Of a DNA stretch of 64,000 nt, positions 35,804-46,991 are shown in pieces. The stretch comes from Tubulanus polymorphus. Its lineage: Eukaryota > Animalia > Nemertea. How positions within the stretch are numbered: the stretch's first letter is position 1; each line of letters opens with the position of its first letter. The position numbers were made by a program, and so were the translations under genes. The stretch lies in the NCBI RefSeq assembly GCF_964204645.1, contig NC_134025.1, positions 29,058,299 to 29,122,298 on the forward strand. Direction: 5' to 3'. Under the pieces are notes generated by a model, which searched no databases, was not told where the DNA came from, and was given only the letters and a program-made list of their open reading frames with translations.

Positions 35804-38071
35804 TCAGGTGGAGGTTGATCGCACCGGTCCCCAAATCAATGGCAGATCCCATACATTAGTGAACCTTTCCATGGCAGGAGCGCCGGCGCGTGGACTAGAA
35901 TCACCACCTCTTACTTCATTTGAACACGCTCTCGTTAATCGCTGAATCTCGCGTGAAACGACCCGCGCATCCAGATTCCCGGCGACTTTACGCGTTACGT
36001 CGTTGAACGGGAAAACCAAGAAGAAATCGCCGAAGCGAGATTGAGGTCCGCGTTGTTTCGTCGGAGGTTTAATCGCGGCCGTGAATATATTCGCGATCGC
36101 CGACGATTTCGACGTTTTCGCCTGAAGGTCGCGCGGAGTCGAGTTCGGTACGCGTTTACGCTCGACAAGAGGTGAATCTAACGAAATGCAGCTACGACGA
36201 CGCGTTGTCGCGCGGTCCGTCTGAGAACCAGAAACCAGTATTTGAGGACGCGTCGACCATCTCATCATCTTTGTATTTTTTCTAACCGGAGACAATGATT
36301 TCTGTTTTTGTAGTTTCTCCAGTGAAATCAACGGCTGACCTCCCGCTTTATGATAACGTTCGAGGCTTTTCTTGATTTCTGCGTCCAAATCTAATTGCGG
36401 TCGTAATTTCGCGTATCGACTCAACAAGTTAAAACTGCTGCTCGATCTCGATGAAGACTCATCGAAGCAATCATTACTACTTCGGTCTTTAGCCTCGTCG
36501 TCGGCATTTCTGTTCGAAATTTCGATTTGCGATTTACTTTCTTCGATTGAATATAAATCCGATACGTCGCTACTGGTGCCCGATTGACACGACACCGCGC
36601 TATCCGCCGATAGAAGCGAAGTTTTCGAATTCTCTTTGCCTTTTAAAACATTTTCGCAATCGCGAAAATCGACGGCATCTTCGTTACTAGCGCGACTGTT
36701 TTTTCTCGCAGGTGTTTGCAGACGTCTGTTACTGCTACTCGCGCTGCTACAGCCCGAACTACTGCTCACCGTATAACGTCGTTGTTTTCTCTGCAGTTGG
36801 ACGGAGGGTAAGCCACAACCCGGTTTTATCGGATTATCGGGATCGCTGTCGGTCGAGTCGGAATCTTCGCACACGTAACTCTTCGACTGTTGATTCCGAT
36901 CACCGACGATATGCGGTAAAACTTGGACGCTATTTTTCAGCCGGTCTCGGTTTAGAGTCTGTTTCGATTTCGAAGCCTTCTTGTCGACGACGTCGCTATT
37001 TTTAGGTTTCTCCGAGGATTTACCGCAATCGACGTCCGAATCCTTGAAATTCAACATCTGCATCAGATCGTGCAACATCGGTTTCTTGACGAGTATATCC
37101 GTCTGACAGTCTTCGGATAACGCCGGACTGAAATTCACCTCCAGTAACCACGGTTTCATATTCTCGTCGATGATAATATCGAATCCGTACAATTCGAAGC
37201 AGTTGTCGACCTTGGGAACTTGCGGCGCTTGAACGATAAGCGTGAGAATGACGACGCTGATAACGCGAGTCCACAACAAACGATCGTCGATATCGTTCTG
37301 ATGGAAATAATGTCTCAACTGGGTCAACGTCCATTTACACCCAGCTCCTATACACCTCTTCTCCGCCGTATACGACGGGCTGAATTTATTAATCGACGTA
37401 TTCGTCAGGTGCGAAAACACGTTATCGAGATTCTCCAGATCGAACTTCTCCGTGCTGAATCTCGCGATTCCTTCCTGACAGATGTACGCGTAAAGCGGAT
37501 GAAAACTCGGCACGCACACGTATAAACGTAAATCGAATTTATACCCGGAAATCAGCAGCGGATTCGATATATATTTCTGTACGACGGCGTTGCAGTCGTA
37601 TTGAAGTTGAGATAGATCGTTGAATATGAAGATGCCTCGACCCCGAGACAGATCAGCCGGTTTACAAATCCAGTACGATTTCTTCTTCGGTTCTTTGTGC
37701 CTCAGTTTTGTATAATCGGCTACGAATTTCGTGTATTCATTCGGTAAATTATACGCGATCGGACTGAAGTTATAAACCGACGCGCCGTAAATGCCTTTCA
37801 TGCGTTTCAGGTTTCGGGCTAGCGTGTCTTTCTTCGTGAGCGCCGTAGTTTTCGGATAATGATTCAATCGTTGCCATGGTTTTATATTTTCCGAATCGGA
37901 AATTCGAAATCGCGCCGTTTTCCACCAAATGTTCCATTCGTTTTCGTTTTGCGACGTTTGTTCGTCGTATTCGACCCAGCCTCGCTCCAAAAATACTTGC
38001 CGCACCAAATCCGGTCCGCCTCCGTCATTTAACCGAAAAACAAGTGGACGTTCCTGATTAGTGTCCGTCAT
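35804..38071 (-). CDS. TTLL2: Probable tubulin polyglutamylase TTLL2 (TTL domain plus long Ser/basic-rich tail), single coding exon
   Basis: PLVFRL...LERGW, KPWQRLNHYP, YWICKPADLSRGRGI, VQKYISNPLLI, HLTNTSINK, GCKWTL, CFELYGFDI, PWLLEVNFSP. This combination matches the TTLL2 subfamily. Confidence 0.9.
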   Translation of the reverse strand: MTDTNQERPLVFRLNDGGGPDLVRQVFLERGWVEYDEQTSQNENEWNIWWKTARFRISDSENIKPWQRLNHYPKTTALTKKDTLARNLKRMKGIYGASVYNFSPIAYNLPNEYTKFVADYTKLRHKEPKKKSYWICKPADLSRGRGIFIFNDLSQLQYDCNAVVQKYISNPLLISGYKFDLRLYVCVPSFHPLYAYICQEGIARFSTEKFDLENLDNVFSHLTNTSINKFSPSYTAEKRCIGAGCKWTLTQLRHYFHQNDIDDRLLWTRVISVVILTLIVQAPQVPKVDNCFELYGFDIIIDENMKPWLLEVNFSPALSEDCQTDILVKKPMLHDLMQMLNFKDSDVDCGKSSEKPKNSDVVDKKASKSKQTLNRDRLKNSVQVLPHIVGDRNQQSKSYVCEDSDSTDSDPDNPIKPGCGLPSVQLQRKQRRYTVSSSSGCSSASSSNRRLQTPARKNSRASNEDAVDFRDCENVLKGKENSKTSLLSADSAVSCQSGTSSDVSDLYSIEESKSQIEISNRNADDEAKDRSSNDCFDESSSRSSSSFNLLSRYAKLRPQLDLDAEIKKSLERYHKAGGQPLISLEKLQKQKSLSPVRKNTKMMRWSTRPQILVSGSQTDRATTRRRSCISLDSPLVERKRVPNSTPRDLQAKTSKSSAIANIFTAAIKPPTKQRGPQSRFGDFFLVFPFNDVTRKVAGNLDARVVSREIQRLTRACSNEVRGGDSSPRAGAPAMERFTNVWDLPLIWGPVRSTST

Positions 38072-39230
38072 TTTGGCATCAATCTGTAAGATTTAATAAC
38101 AGTAATAGTCCTAGTAAAAATATTCAAAACTCTATCGAGACAAGTCTTGAAGATTTTGGACGGCTGTATAGGCAGACACCTTTAATAAAATACCAATGAT
38201 TGGAGATCTTTGATGATGTGGCAGCATTTCTAAACAGTATATAAACATCACTTTGGGCTGCCTTGCTTCTATCGAAGTGTTTTGACTACTCAATTAAATT
38301 TATTTGAATTATATTTGATCGTAATCGAATATCTGATCGACCTTGTTTCGTTGATCGTAACGACAATCTTCTCCATTCAAGAGGAGGACTACAATTAACT
38401 TCATAAACCACTGGGAGGTTTCAAAAATCTTCAACTGCCAAACGCAAACTTACCGGGAATTCCTCTCTGGAAGCGGCCCGACCAAGCAGTGGAGCGCGAC
38501 TGACACACGCTACACACGTGCTTTCCGTCGAGTGTCAACAAACAACCAGACAGAAACCTACCAATCAACACCCTTGAGATACCTGACGTCACCACGCGTT
38601 CGCCAATCAGCTTTGACGACCTTAATTGGCTTGACTACACGTCCGTTTTGGGTTCGAATCCTAGAGAAACTACAACTCTAAAACCTTTCACAGAACGAAA
38701 ATATAAATGGAACTCAATAATCATTTCAATATTATTAAATAATATTTTTCAATCTACCAGTAGTCAGTACATTTTTAAGTAACAAATTATTGGACCACGA
38801 GAATTTCGCGGACCACAGATCCAGATGGCAGCACCTATCAGTTATAGTGGATTGTCAAGATTTGCGGGTAAGTCTCCTCTTCTTTATGGGTTATTCTTGG
38901 TGGGATGATATGTTATGTGCCATTTTTAGATGTATCAGTTTAATACAATCACATCACCGTGTGAAATAAGACGACGTAATTTTTCTTCATAGGGTTATAC
39001 TAAAGGTAACAAAACGATCCGTTGTTCTGGTCCGGCGGTTGGCGTTTGTCATACAGTCGTTGTCACGTTGAGCGAGCTCGAATTACCCACAGCCTTGCAT
39101 TCTCTACGTAATAGTACTGGAAGGAAAAGGTACACGTATTTGTTTTTATTAAGTCCTCTCTTTTTCGATTCGATTTATTTTTCATTATGCATCATTGACC
39201 AATATTTTCTTTTAGGCTAGCAGTCCTGCA

Positions 39231-40086
39231 ATGGACAGTCCGTCAGAAGTAGACTATGAACCGTGTTCAGCTTCATCGTTGCTTGATATCATAATGTCCG
39301 TTAATCCTGAAACCCGTGGTAAAAGTGACAAAGAACAGAATAGAAAGCACAATGTTTTGAATTCCTTTCAAGGAATTCCTTGCACGGCAATGGACGACTT
39401 TAATGAGGTGTACCCGGGAATCTATCTTGGTGGATAGTATGTTTTGGAAAAAGTTTCTTACAAATTTTATGAAATCTGTAAAAATTGCCATCGATATAAG
39501 TGACAATTTTCCCACGAATAACATGTTGCTGTTCTATGTTTTTCTGTTTAGTCAGCTGGCGAAAGATCTCGAAAAATTAAAACAACTTAAAATAACGCAC
39601 GTTGTCAACGCAGCGCAGGGCAAAAAATTCATGCAAATTGATACCAATGAAGAATTTTACGTCGGGGCAAATATCAAGTTCATGGGAATATGCGCTATGG
39701 ATACCCCGGGATTCAAAATGTCCCCTTATTTTAAGCCAATATCGAGTTACATAAGCAACTGTCTAGATGAAGGCGGTACGTGATTCGGTATTCTAATTTG
39801 CTCATAACATCGATAATCTGTTTACAAGCGCTGTTAATTGTTTAGTCCTGTCTTGATGTTTGTAGGAAAGGTTTTCGTACACTGCCATCAAGGTATCAGT
39901 AGGTCGGCTACCATCGTCTTAGCTTTTCTAATGATCGAGAAAAATATGACAGTTCAACAAGCGTGCGTGACAGTCCGTAAAATACGAGATATTATACCAA
40001 ATGTTGGATTCCGTAAAGAACTGTGCGAACTGAACAAACAACTCCACGGGTCTACTGCCGAAGAAAACGCCGGAACTCAGCCGTGA
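39231..40086 (+). CDS. Atypical dual-specificity phosphatase, DUSP3/VHR-like; exons 39231-39436, 39552-39775, 39866-40086
   Basis: NEVYPGIYLGG, ITHVVNAAQG, general-acid AMD, catalytic HCHQGISRS, AFLM, and IIPNVGF motifs. GT-AG junctions are in frame. Confidence 0.9.
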
Positions 40087-40265
40087 ACTTCTTTATGATA
40101 AATACATATTTCATACATATTAAATTGCGTTCCAGTTGGGTATTTTGATTACTGTGAACTTATAAACAAAAAAAGATAATTGTTGCGGTTTTTGGTTTAT
40201 TTCCCCCGGGTATTTTTAGTGCGTTCAAACTCTGCTTTCTACATGTATTTCAAAATAAGCCTTTT

Positions 40266-40479
40266 TTACGTCACGTAGGTATGATACGTAGGCGTAAAAT
40301 ACGACCCTGAAAATAGTCAATCCGATACTTCGGATTCATGAAGAAGCAATTCCTCCCCGCCGTGAAACCGCCGTCGGTCGACTGCCCCAGAGAGCCGAAA
40401 TGAAGTCCTAAACCCTGTTTTAATTATTACCCGTCGCTACAATGATGTGGCAAAATGGCCGACATGAACCAGGAAGTGT
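40266..40479 (+). promoter_or_regulatory. ERLEC1 proximal promoter motifs
   Basis: Tandem ACGT cores TTACGTCACGTAGG (bZIP/XBP1-like) at about 40267, YY1-like AAAATGGC at about 40452, and ETS CAGGAAGTG at about 40470. Motif matches only. Confidence 0.35.
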
Positions 40480-40563
40480 GAGATTTTCGCGTTAAATTTC
40501 AAGTGTCACTGTCTTGTTTGATCATTCTGATTATTGAAACTCGTCTCAAACCGTGAAGTGATC

Positions 40564-43500
40564 ATGTTTCATGATGTGGACTTTAAGTGGTTGGTGCTGT
40601 ATTGGATATTTCTAGCCTCAGCGAGCGCCGATTTCAATCCTTACAGCGACAACATTTTGTTCCATGTCAACTGGCCGGGAACCACCACTGGTCAAACCGC
40701 TGTATGCATCTCTTATCTTCAATTATAGTTCCGCTTCTCTTTGTTATCTCTTCAACGTTAATTATAGATATTTTGACTCAATAAATTCTGTGATTTTCTA
40801 TTTCAAGGAGGATAGCTTTCATCATCGGAAAGATGAAAACACGATGGTCATGACAACTGCTGATAATGAAAAATATCAATGTACCATTCCTACTCAGATA
40901 AAAGAAAAATTTGCAAGGGTTTGTTCTGGATTTTCCCTTTTTTCCCCAAGTTTTGAAAATGGTTGCCTTGGTTGCATTATTCATAGGTCTTTTTATGTCT
41001 AGGTTGAAGAAAACTACTATGGCCCAAGTGCAAAGGAGTTAATAGCTCCACTCCAAATGACTTCTAAATGTTCCTATAGGGTTAGTATTATTCTTGGCGT
41101 CTAAGCTTGAAGCCCCTTTTTCCTTCATTGTTATTTTTAGATCAAAAAAGACAAAAAAAATAAAATTTATCTCTTGTTATTTTATTTTAAGATTGAAAGT
41201 TACTGGACGTATGAACTTTGTCATGGGAAACATTTACGTCAATATCACGAACGTCAAGAAGCTGGAAAGGTAAGTTGTGGTGGAGTTCTGATTACAGTAT
41301 TAACTCATTGAACTGATTTTAGCTCAGAGCGAACTATAACTCACAACTGCGGAACTGGATCCTCAGCTGCCCTCTCCTCAGAGACATTCGATACTTAATC
41401 TCTATTCAAACATCTTTTATCATCCACACACTTCCCGTAGGACTTAGACTGAGACATTTTCGATTGAACATAAACCGCAAACATCAGACATCAGACATTC
41501 TATCAGTATGTTTTCAAAAAGGTGACCATCAAGATGGCGAATATCTGAAGGAGGATCAAGGGTTTAGGCCTTTAGATTCATACTGTCATTCTTCATTCAT
41601 TTGTCAATGAATTTCATTTTATTCATTCTATAGACTCCACACGTGCAAGAATATTTCCTCGGATATTTTACTAAAGATCATGAAGGTGAATTGAATTGAA
41701 TATTTCTCTAACTTATGAAGTTTGTCTTCGATGAATTGAGAGTAGTTAATGCATTTGTTTTACAGATATTAAAGATGAAGAACAGATTAGTGGTGATAAT
41801 ATTTCTCATAAACAGGTAAAATAACGCTAATTCTCTTCACTTAAGGTTTGAATCCATTTTATCAGCCCTCAACTCGCTGATCGGGATTTTTGGGCATAAT
41901 AGGCTGGTTCAGGCGGTCTTTCTTATCTTGACTAAAGCATCTTCCCACGGCAGGAATTCGAACCTGATGGCAATGCTAGACTCATTCACGGCACAAAACC
42001 CTACCGCACTAGACCAGGTTTTGCTGCGAGAAAAGTTTGCCAAGAATCTGCTGCCTCTAGGATGTGAATCAATGAGCCGTTGATTGAGACCAGTGACTGA
42101 TGACACACCTCTCTTCGTCATCAACTCTTATTATTGCTAATCATCTATTTCAGATTCCGACTATAAAATTGGATGGTCTTGATTTTGCGTATCAAGCCGT
42201 GAATATGACTGGTGGAACAGTATGTGACGTTACCAATAAACACAGAAGAGCCACTTTAATGTATATTTGCCACATGGACGGCAAAGGTGAAATATTCGAG
42301 ATCAAAGAAGTTTCTAGCTGCGAATACGAGTTAATTATCTTTACTAAGACACTGTGCGCTCATCCTTTATATAAGTATGTTAGAATTATTGATGTTTTTA
42401 ATTTACTGTTTGTTTATTGTATGTATCCAATCTGCAGCCTTGAATCTCCCCCTTCAGACATTCAACCCTTCAAACAATCAGCTCTCCTCAACCACAAACC
42501 CTTCAGATATTAACAATTGCAGTGTTTGTGCATCTAATGCCATCAGAGGATGGGTCCTGACCGAGGGGTTGCGGGGTCTGGATTGCTTCCTGCACTAGTA
42601 TCAGATTTTTGCATTTTCAGGCCTAAAAGTTTCCATGTGAATAGTATAGAATGCCGAGCTTTAAGCGGATCTCCAGTTCGGCCTGTTGGTTTAGATGCGC
42701 TCGAGATAGAAAACACTTTAGGACGATATAGGAATGCTGTAAGTTGTAGTAACTACTTATTCACGTCCTATCACTGCCACTATGATGAGTTTATTTAGTT
42801 CACCTTACTTCTTTATTTGCTATTATAAATTCACTCTTTATAAGGAATGAGTTTAGTCTCTTAATATCATATCATTCGATTGTGTTTTCTATGCGCTCAA
42901 GATAGAAATAGAAACCACTTTAACACCAGGTGGTATTAAACATCACTAGTGAAGTTTAATACCACCTGCTGTATTAGAATTGCTGCAAAACTTATGTTTA
43001 TGCAGCTGCTGTTTTTTGGAAATATCCGAATACAATTTCTTTGTTCTGTTTCTTTTCACCGACCGTTTCATGCTCAGAAATCGTCGAAACGTGGTAAGAG
43101 TAAGGTTAAACATGAAACCAAAAATCCGGTGCCATTGAATTCTCCGACAAGACAACAGCCTCAGTCTACGGTGTGTTATCACACTCAAATCACAGTTGCA
43201 CCGAATGTTTTGTGTTTATTTTTCGTGTTGAGGATTTGGGAAAAATGTTGTTGATTTTTATCCGAATTGTTGTCATCAATCCTCACAATTTCTGTAGTCA
43301 ACCCCCGATATACTGCGCCCACATGTCGGTGATTTAGGATCTTGGTGGTATAGAGAGAATTGCATTTCATTGGGCCTTTACTTCGACTGGTTCCAATACA
43401 AAATGCAAATGTTCTGTTTCAGAAGAAACCTAGCATTAGGTGCAAATGGCAGTTTATCGGGGGCAGTATATCCGGGCTTGACTGTGGTAGCTTTGGTCAG

Positions 43501-45702
43501 GTTTTTAATGCCTTTTATCGCGATCATTATGGTGTAGTTCGGAATTCGTATTTATTGGGATGATACCGATATGTTCACATATTATGTTTTGTATAAAATG
43601 TCTGCTTGAATGCGACAAATATTGAAGTTGATTCATAGTAATTTCACAGTGAGAGATGTGTTTGTGTAGATCTGGTGAATATTAACCGTATATTCCCTTC
43701 AAATCCAATTCCTTTTTCAATTTGATCATTTTTTCATCAATCAGTTTTTTTTTCATTCCCTTGTATATATTCCATCTATAGGGGCCATTCATAAAGTATG
43801 TACAGATTTCTATAAATTTTCAACTCAACTTTTGGTAATTAAATTTCTAATCTTTTAAATAGTGGGTTTTAATCTCATTTTATTCTTTTCCTCACCAGTA
43901 GCGAGTTGTATATACTGAAGAATGGCCTGTTGTATTCGCTTCACTCTTTTCTTGTTAATCTAAAAAATCTTGTTAATTCATTCAATTTATTGAATTACAC
44001 TTATTATAAATGATTTCGTAGGAAACGTATTTCTTTTTCTTAAAGCAAAAGTTTCACGAAATGGAGGCGGAAAAGAAACAGCCGGATATCCCAAATTCAC
44101 CTGCATTTACGTCAACATCGAGCGCTAAAGCCAGTAAACAAATCCTCGCTGATTTTCTGCGAGGAGATTATTGCGTCACCGGGGTGAGAAAATCGCGATT
44201 CTACCAATAACAAAAAGGGCAACGAATGAGTGAAATTACGTTTTTTGAATTGGTTGTTATTTCAGGGAACCGGATGGTGGAAATATGAGTTCTGTTTCGG
44301 TAAAAGAGTTTCGCAATACCACGAGGTGAAGTTTTAGCGCGTTTTGTTAATAACCGGATTCTTACAGATCCGGGGAAAATCAGGGAATTCTGACTCTTCT
44401 TGAAAATCGGGGAATTCGAATTTCTGTGTCTCGTTGTTCTTTGTGGCGATGAGTAACACGAGGAACCTCTTGATAAGAAACATATGGATATCCGGGAATT
44501 TTTGGTTAAGGGTGAGGGAAATATCAGGGAATTTTGGATTTCTTGATCTAGTATAGGAACCCTGATATTCGAACTTGAAGATTATCACTGAACATGATGT
44601 TATTCATGATTTGTGTCATATTTTCTAAAGGGCTGTTCTTAAACTATGTATTGAAAATTCTAATCCCCATGTAAGCAACTTCCCGAATGGCTCCAAATTG
44701 ATTTTTCCATTATTAGGCAATGTCTGTCCTTATCTGTTGTAGGAAAAGGGAATTCGAACTACTATTGTACTAGGTCGATGGAATATACAGGAACATATGT
44801 CATGGAGAAAAAAAAATTCTGAAATGATCAATAATCTACCACATAAGTATGTGCACCTATCTACATGTATAACTAGTGATTTTAAGCCTAGCGCACATCG
44901 ACACTGCGATTGGAGACAACTAGTTGCCAGGCAGTTTTCGGCGCATGAGAGCAACTGGCTGGATACAATCAGTTGCTCGAATTTGTCGATGTGAGCGAGC
45001 TTACGACTGGTTAGCGTCCATCTATCTCCAGTTCCACCCAGTTGCTCATGTTCTACTTTTGAGCAACTAGTTGTACTCAGTTGCTCTCATATCCGTCGAT
45101 GTGAGCGCTCCATAATCAACAACACATGGTTGTAACTGACTAAAACAAAGCTATTTGTCACGTGACTTGTGATGCCCTCAAGAATATTTGCTAGACAACA
45201 TCTCAGTTGCTGTCGATGTGTGCGCTATGGACCTAGCGACCGGCATGAGCCACGTAGTTGCTGGTTTTTACTAAATTTTCGATGTGCGCGGGGTACTCGC
45301 TCACTAGCAACTAGTTGTCTCCAGTCGCTTTGTCGATGTGCGCTAGGCTTCAGATTCGTCTTTCGCGTCGATTCAAACATTTTAACCTTACGTTTTCAGA
45401 CCTATAGTTAATTTTTATTCAAACGGTGATAATTGTGATCTAACCAATAAACCTCGAGAAGTGGAAGTCCGTCTGAAATGTAAAGATGACCCTAAGAGAC
45501 CTCACGCTATGGCAATTTCGCTCGCCGAACCTCGCAGTTGTCACTATATTTTAACTGTAAGTTTCTCAGTCATTCGGGATCTTGGTTCCGTAGTTCGGTT
45601 ATAGGTATTTCTGTATTCGTATATTTGCAGGTTGAGTCTAATATTCTGTGTTCAATAATGGATCGAGCCGATGATTACGGTATCATCAGTCAGGACGTGT
45701 AA
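40564..45702 (+). CDS. ERLEC1: Endoplasmic reticulum lectin 1 (XTP3-B), two MRH domains, about 13 exons
   Basis: Signal peptide then [24 protein letters not shown]|[36 protein letters not shown]. Second MRH: DYCVTG|[53 protein letters not shown]|VES. Stop at 45700-45702. Confidence 0.92.
41938..42020 (-). repeat. tRNA-derived repeat, copy 3 (ERLEC1 intron)
   Basis: Minus strand TGGTCTAGTGCGG (A-box-like)...GTGCCGTG...CATCAGGTTCGAATTCCTGCCGTGGGAAGATG (B-box). Homologous to the copies at 964-1306. Confidence 0.6.
44884..45350. mobile_element. About 467-bp MITE with about 44-bp terminal inverted repeats, probably PIF/Harbinger-type, in an ERLEC1 intron
   Basis: Left AAGCCTAGCGCACATCGACACTGCGATTGGAGACAACTAGTTGC versus right reverse complement AAGCCTAGCGCACATCGACAAAGCGACTGGAGACAACTAGTTGC (3 mismatches). 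Internal GTCGATGTG and CAGTTGCT subrepeats. Flanks TTA/TCA resemble a 3-bp TSD. Confidence 0.85.
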
Positions 45703-46991
45703 ACATCGGCAGCTCGTTTTAGATCAATATTGCTCAATTAACAACGAAAAATCTCGAGAAATCTCACTTTAGGGACGTAGCTTCGATTTACTCAGGGGGT
45801 ACATTTTTAGAAAATGAAACTGGCAAACAATGGTTAGACAGCTCTTCAGGAGGGGTGCTCCCCAGAAAATGTAGAATAGAAACAAGAAGATGAGAACTTG
45901 CCCTAATTTACCCTGCCTTTCATTTTAAACGAATATTTCGAAAGAATATCGTGGGGCCCCAAATATCTGTGGGCGTTGATGTGAACTCTAGTTACGTCCC
46001 GTCACCCGGTTCTACAGTTCTGAGTTAAGATTTGACTCGTATTTTCATTCAAGAGTGAACTCAAACTCACAACTGATGCTCCTGCACATTATTTCTAAGT
46101 ACACGTATTATTGGTGCTAATGGTGTTTATTGTACTTACGTACACGTCAGCGTGGTTTCTCTCGTTTCACAAATTGGTTCGGGTGCAACAACAACAGTTT
46201 TATTTCAATTTACAGAATACTTCGTTTTCCATTTTACCGAAACATAGTTTTTAGAAATTCTGTCTTCGTATTGCATTGACTACTTGGATGACGTTTTTCC
46301 GGAGTCGACCTTATTTTTAGAAATCTTAATCGAAAATATACTTTATTTGTTGTGATAATTATGTAGTACGTAATTAAAAAGCCAGTCGTACTAAACTATT
46401 TAAAATTATTTCTTCTGTCTTCGTTTTTTGTTGATATATTTGTAAATGTAATTAATGTAAATATAGATCATGGCCTTATAACATATGAACGACTTGTGCG
46501 AATTATTATCTGTGTCATCAGCGGGTTGTAGGATGTGACCGGGAGACTGCAGTTAGTGAGCATTGGAAGTTCGTGACTCGTATCACGATCTATTTGATAG
46601 AAAACCAGAATGAGGATTATTTCAAATAACGTATTATATTTAACGGGCAGCGGTTCATAACGAGATTTTTCTGGTCCCCGTGGACGATACATGGTTTATT
46701 TGAAATAATAGTGCACGAATGTGACAAGATTTCTAGATAACGGTCGTTTCGTGAGCGCGGGAACGCGATACGTACCATCTCACTAAAATAGCGAAGAACC
46801 CGAAACTGAAATATAACAACAAACTTATTTTTCATGTGGTGATTTATTAAATTATGTAAAACAATATTCAACGTGCAGTTTTTGATATGGTGTGTGATAC
46901 TCCGCGTAGGAAGAATCGTGGAATATATAAGGTTCGTTTTCATGCTCGCGCAGTTACTTCACACTAGACTCTGTATATTTCAAGTTCATCA

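Noticed and set aside
36372-38061. Antisense or alternative-frame ORFs over TTLL2 (similar ones over MPEG1, ODF3, CUL5 and Kv)
   Set aside because: These are shadow ORFs expected opposite long GC-richer coding exons and have no protein-like features.
38825-38867. N-terminal coding exon of the DUSP
   Set aside because: Its phase-1 donor is out of frame with the main ORF at every nearby acceptor (39216, 39221, 39224).
39435-39437. In-frame TAG suggesting readthrough or a DUSP pseudogene
   Set aside because: The codon is split by an intron (TA|gtatgt...ag|T = TAT, Tyr).
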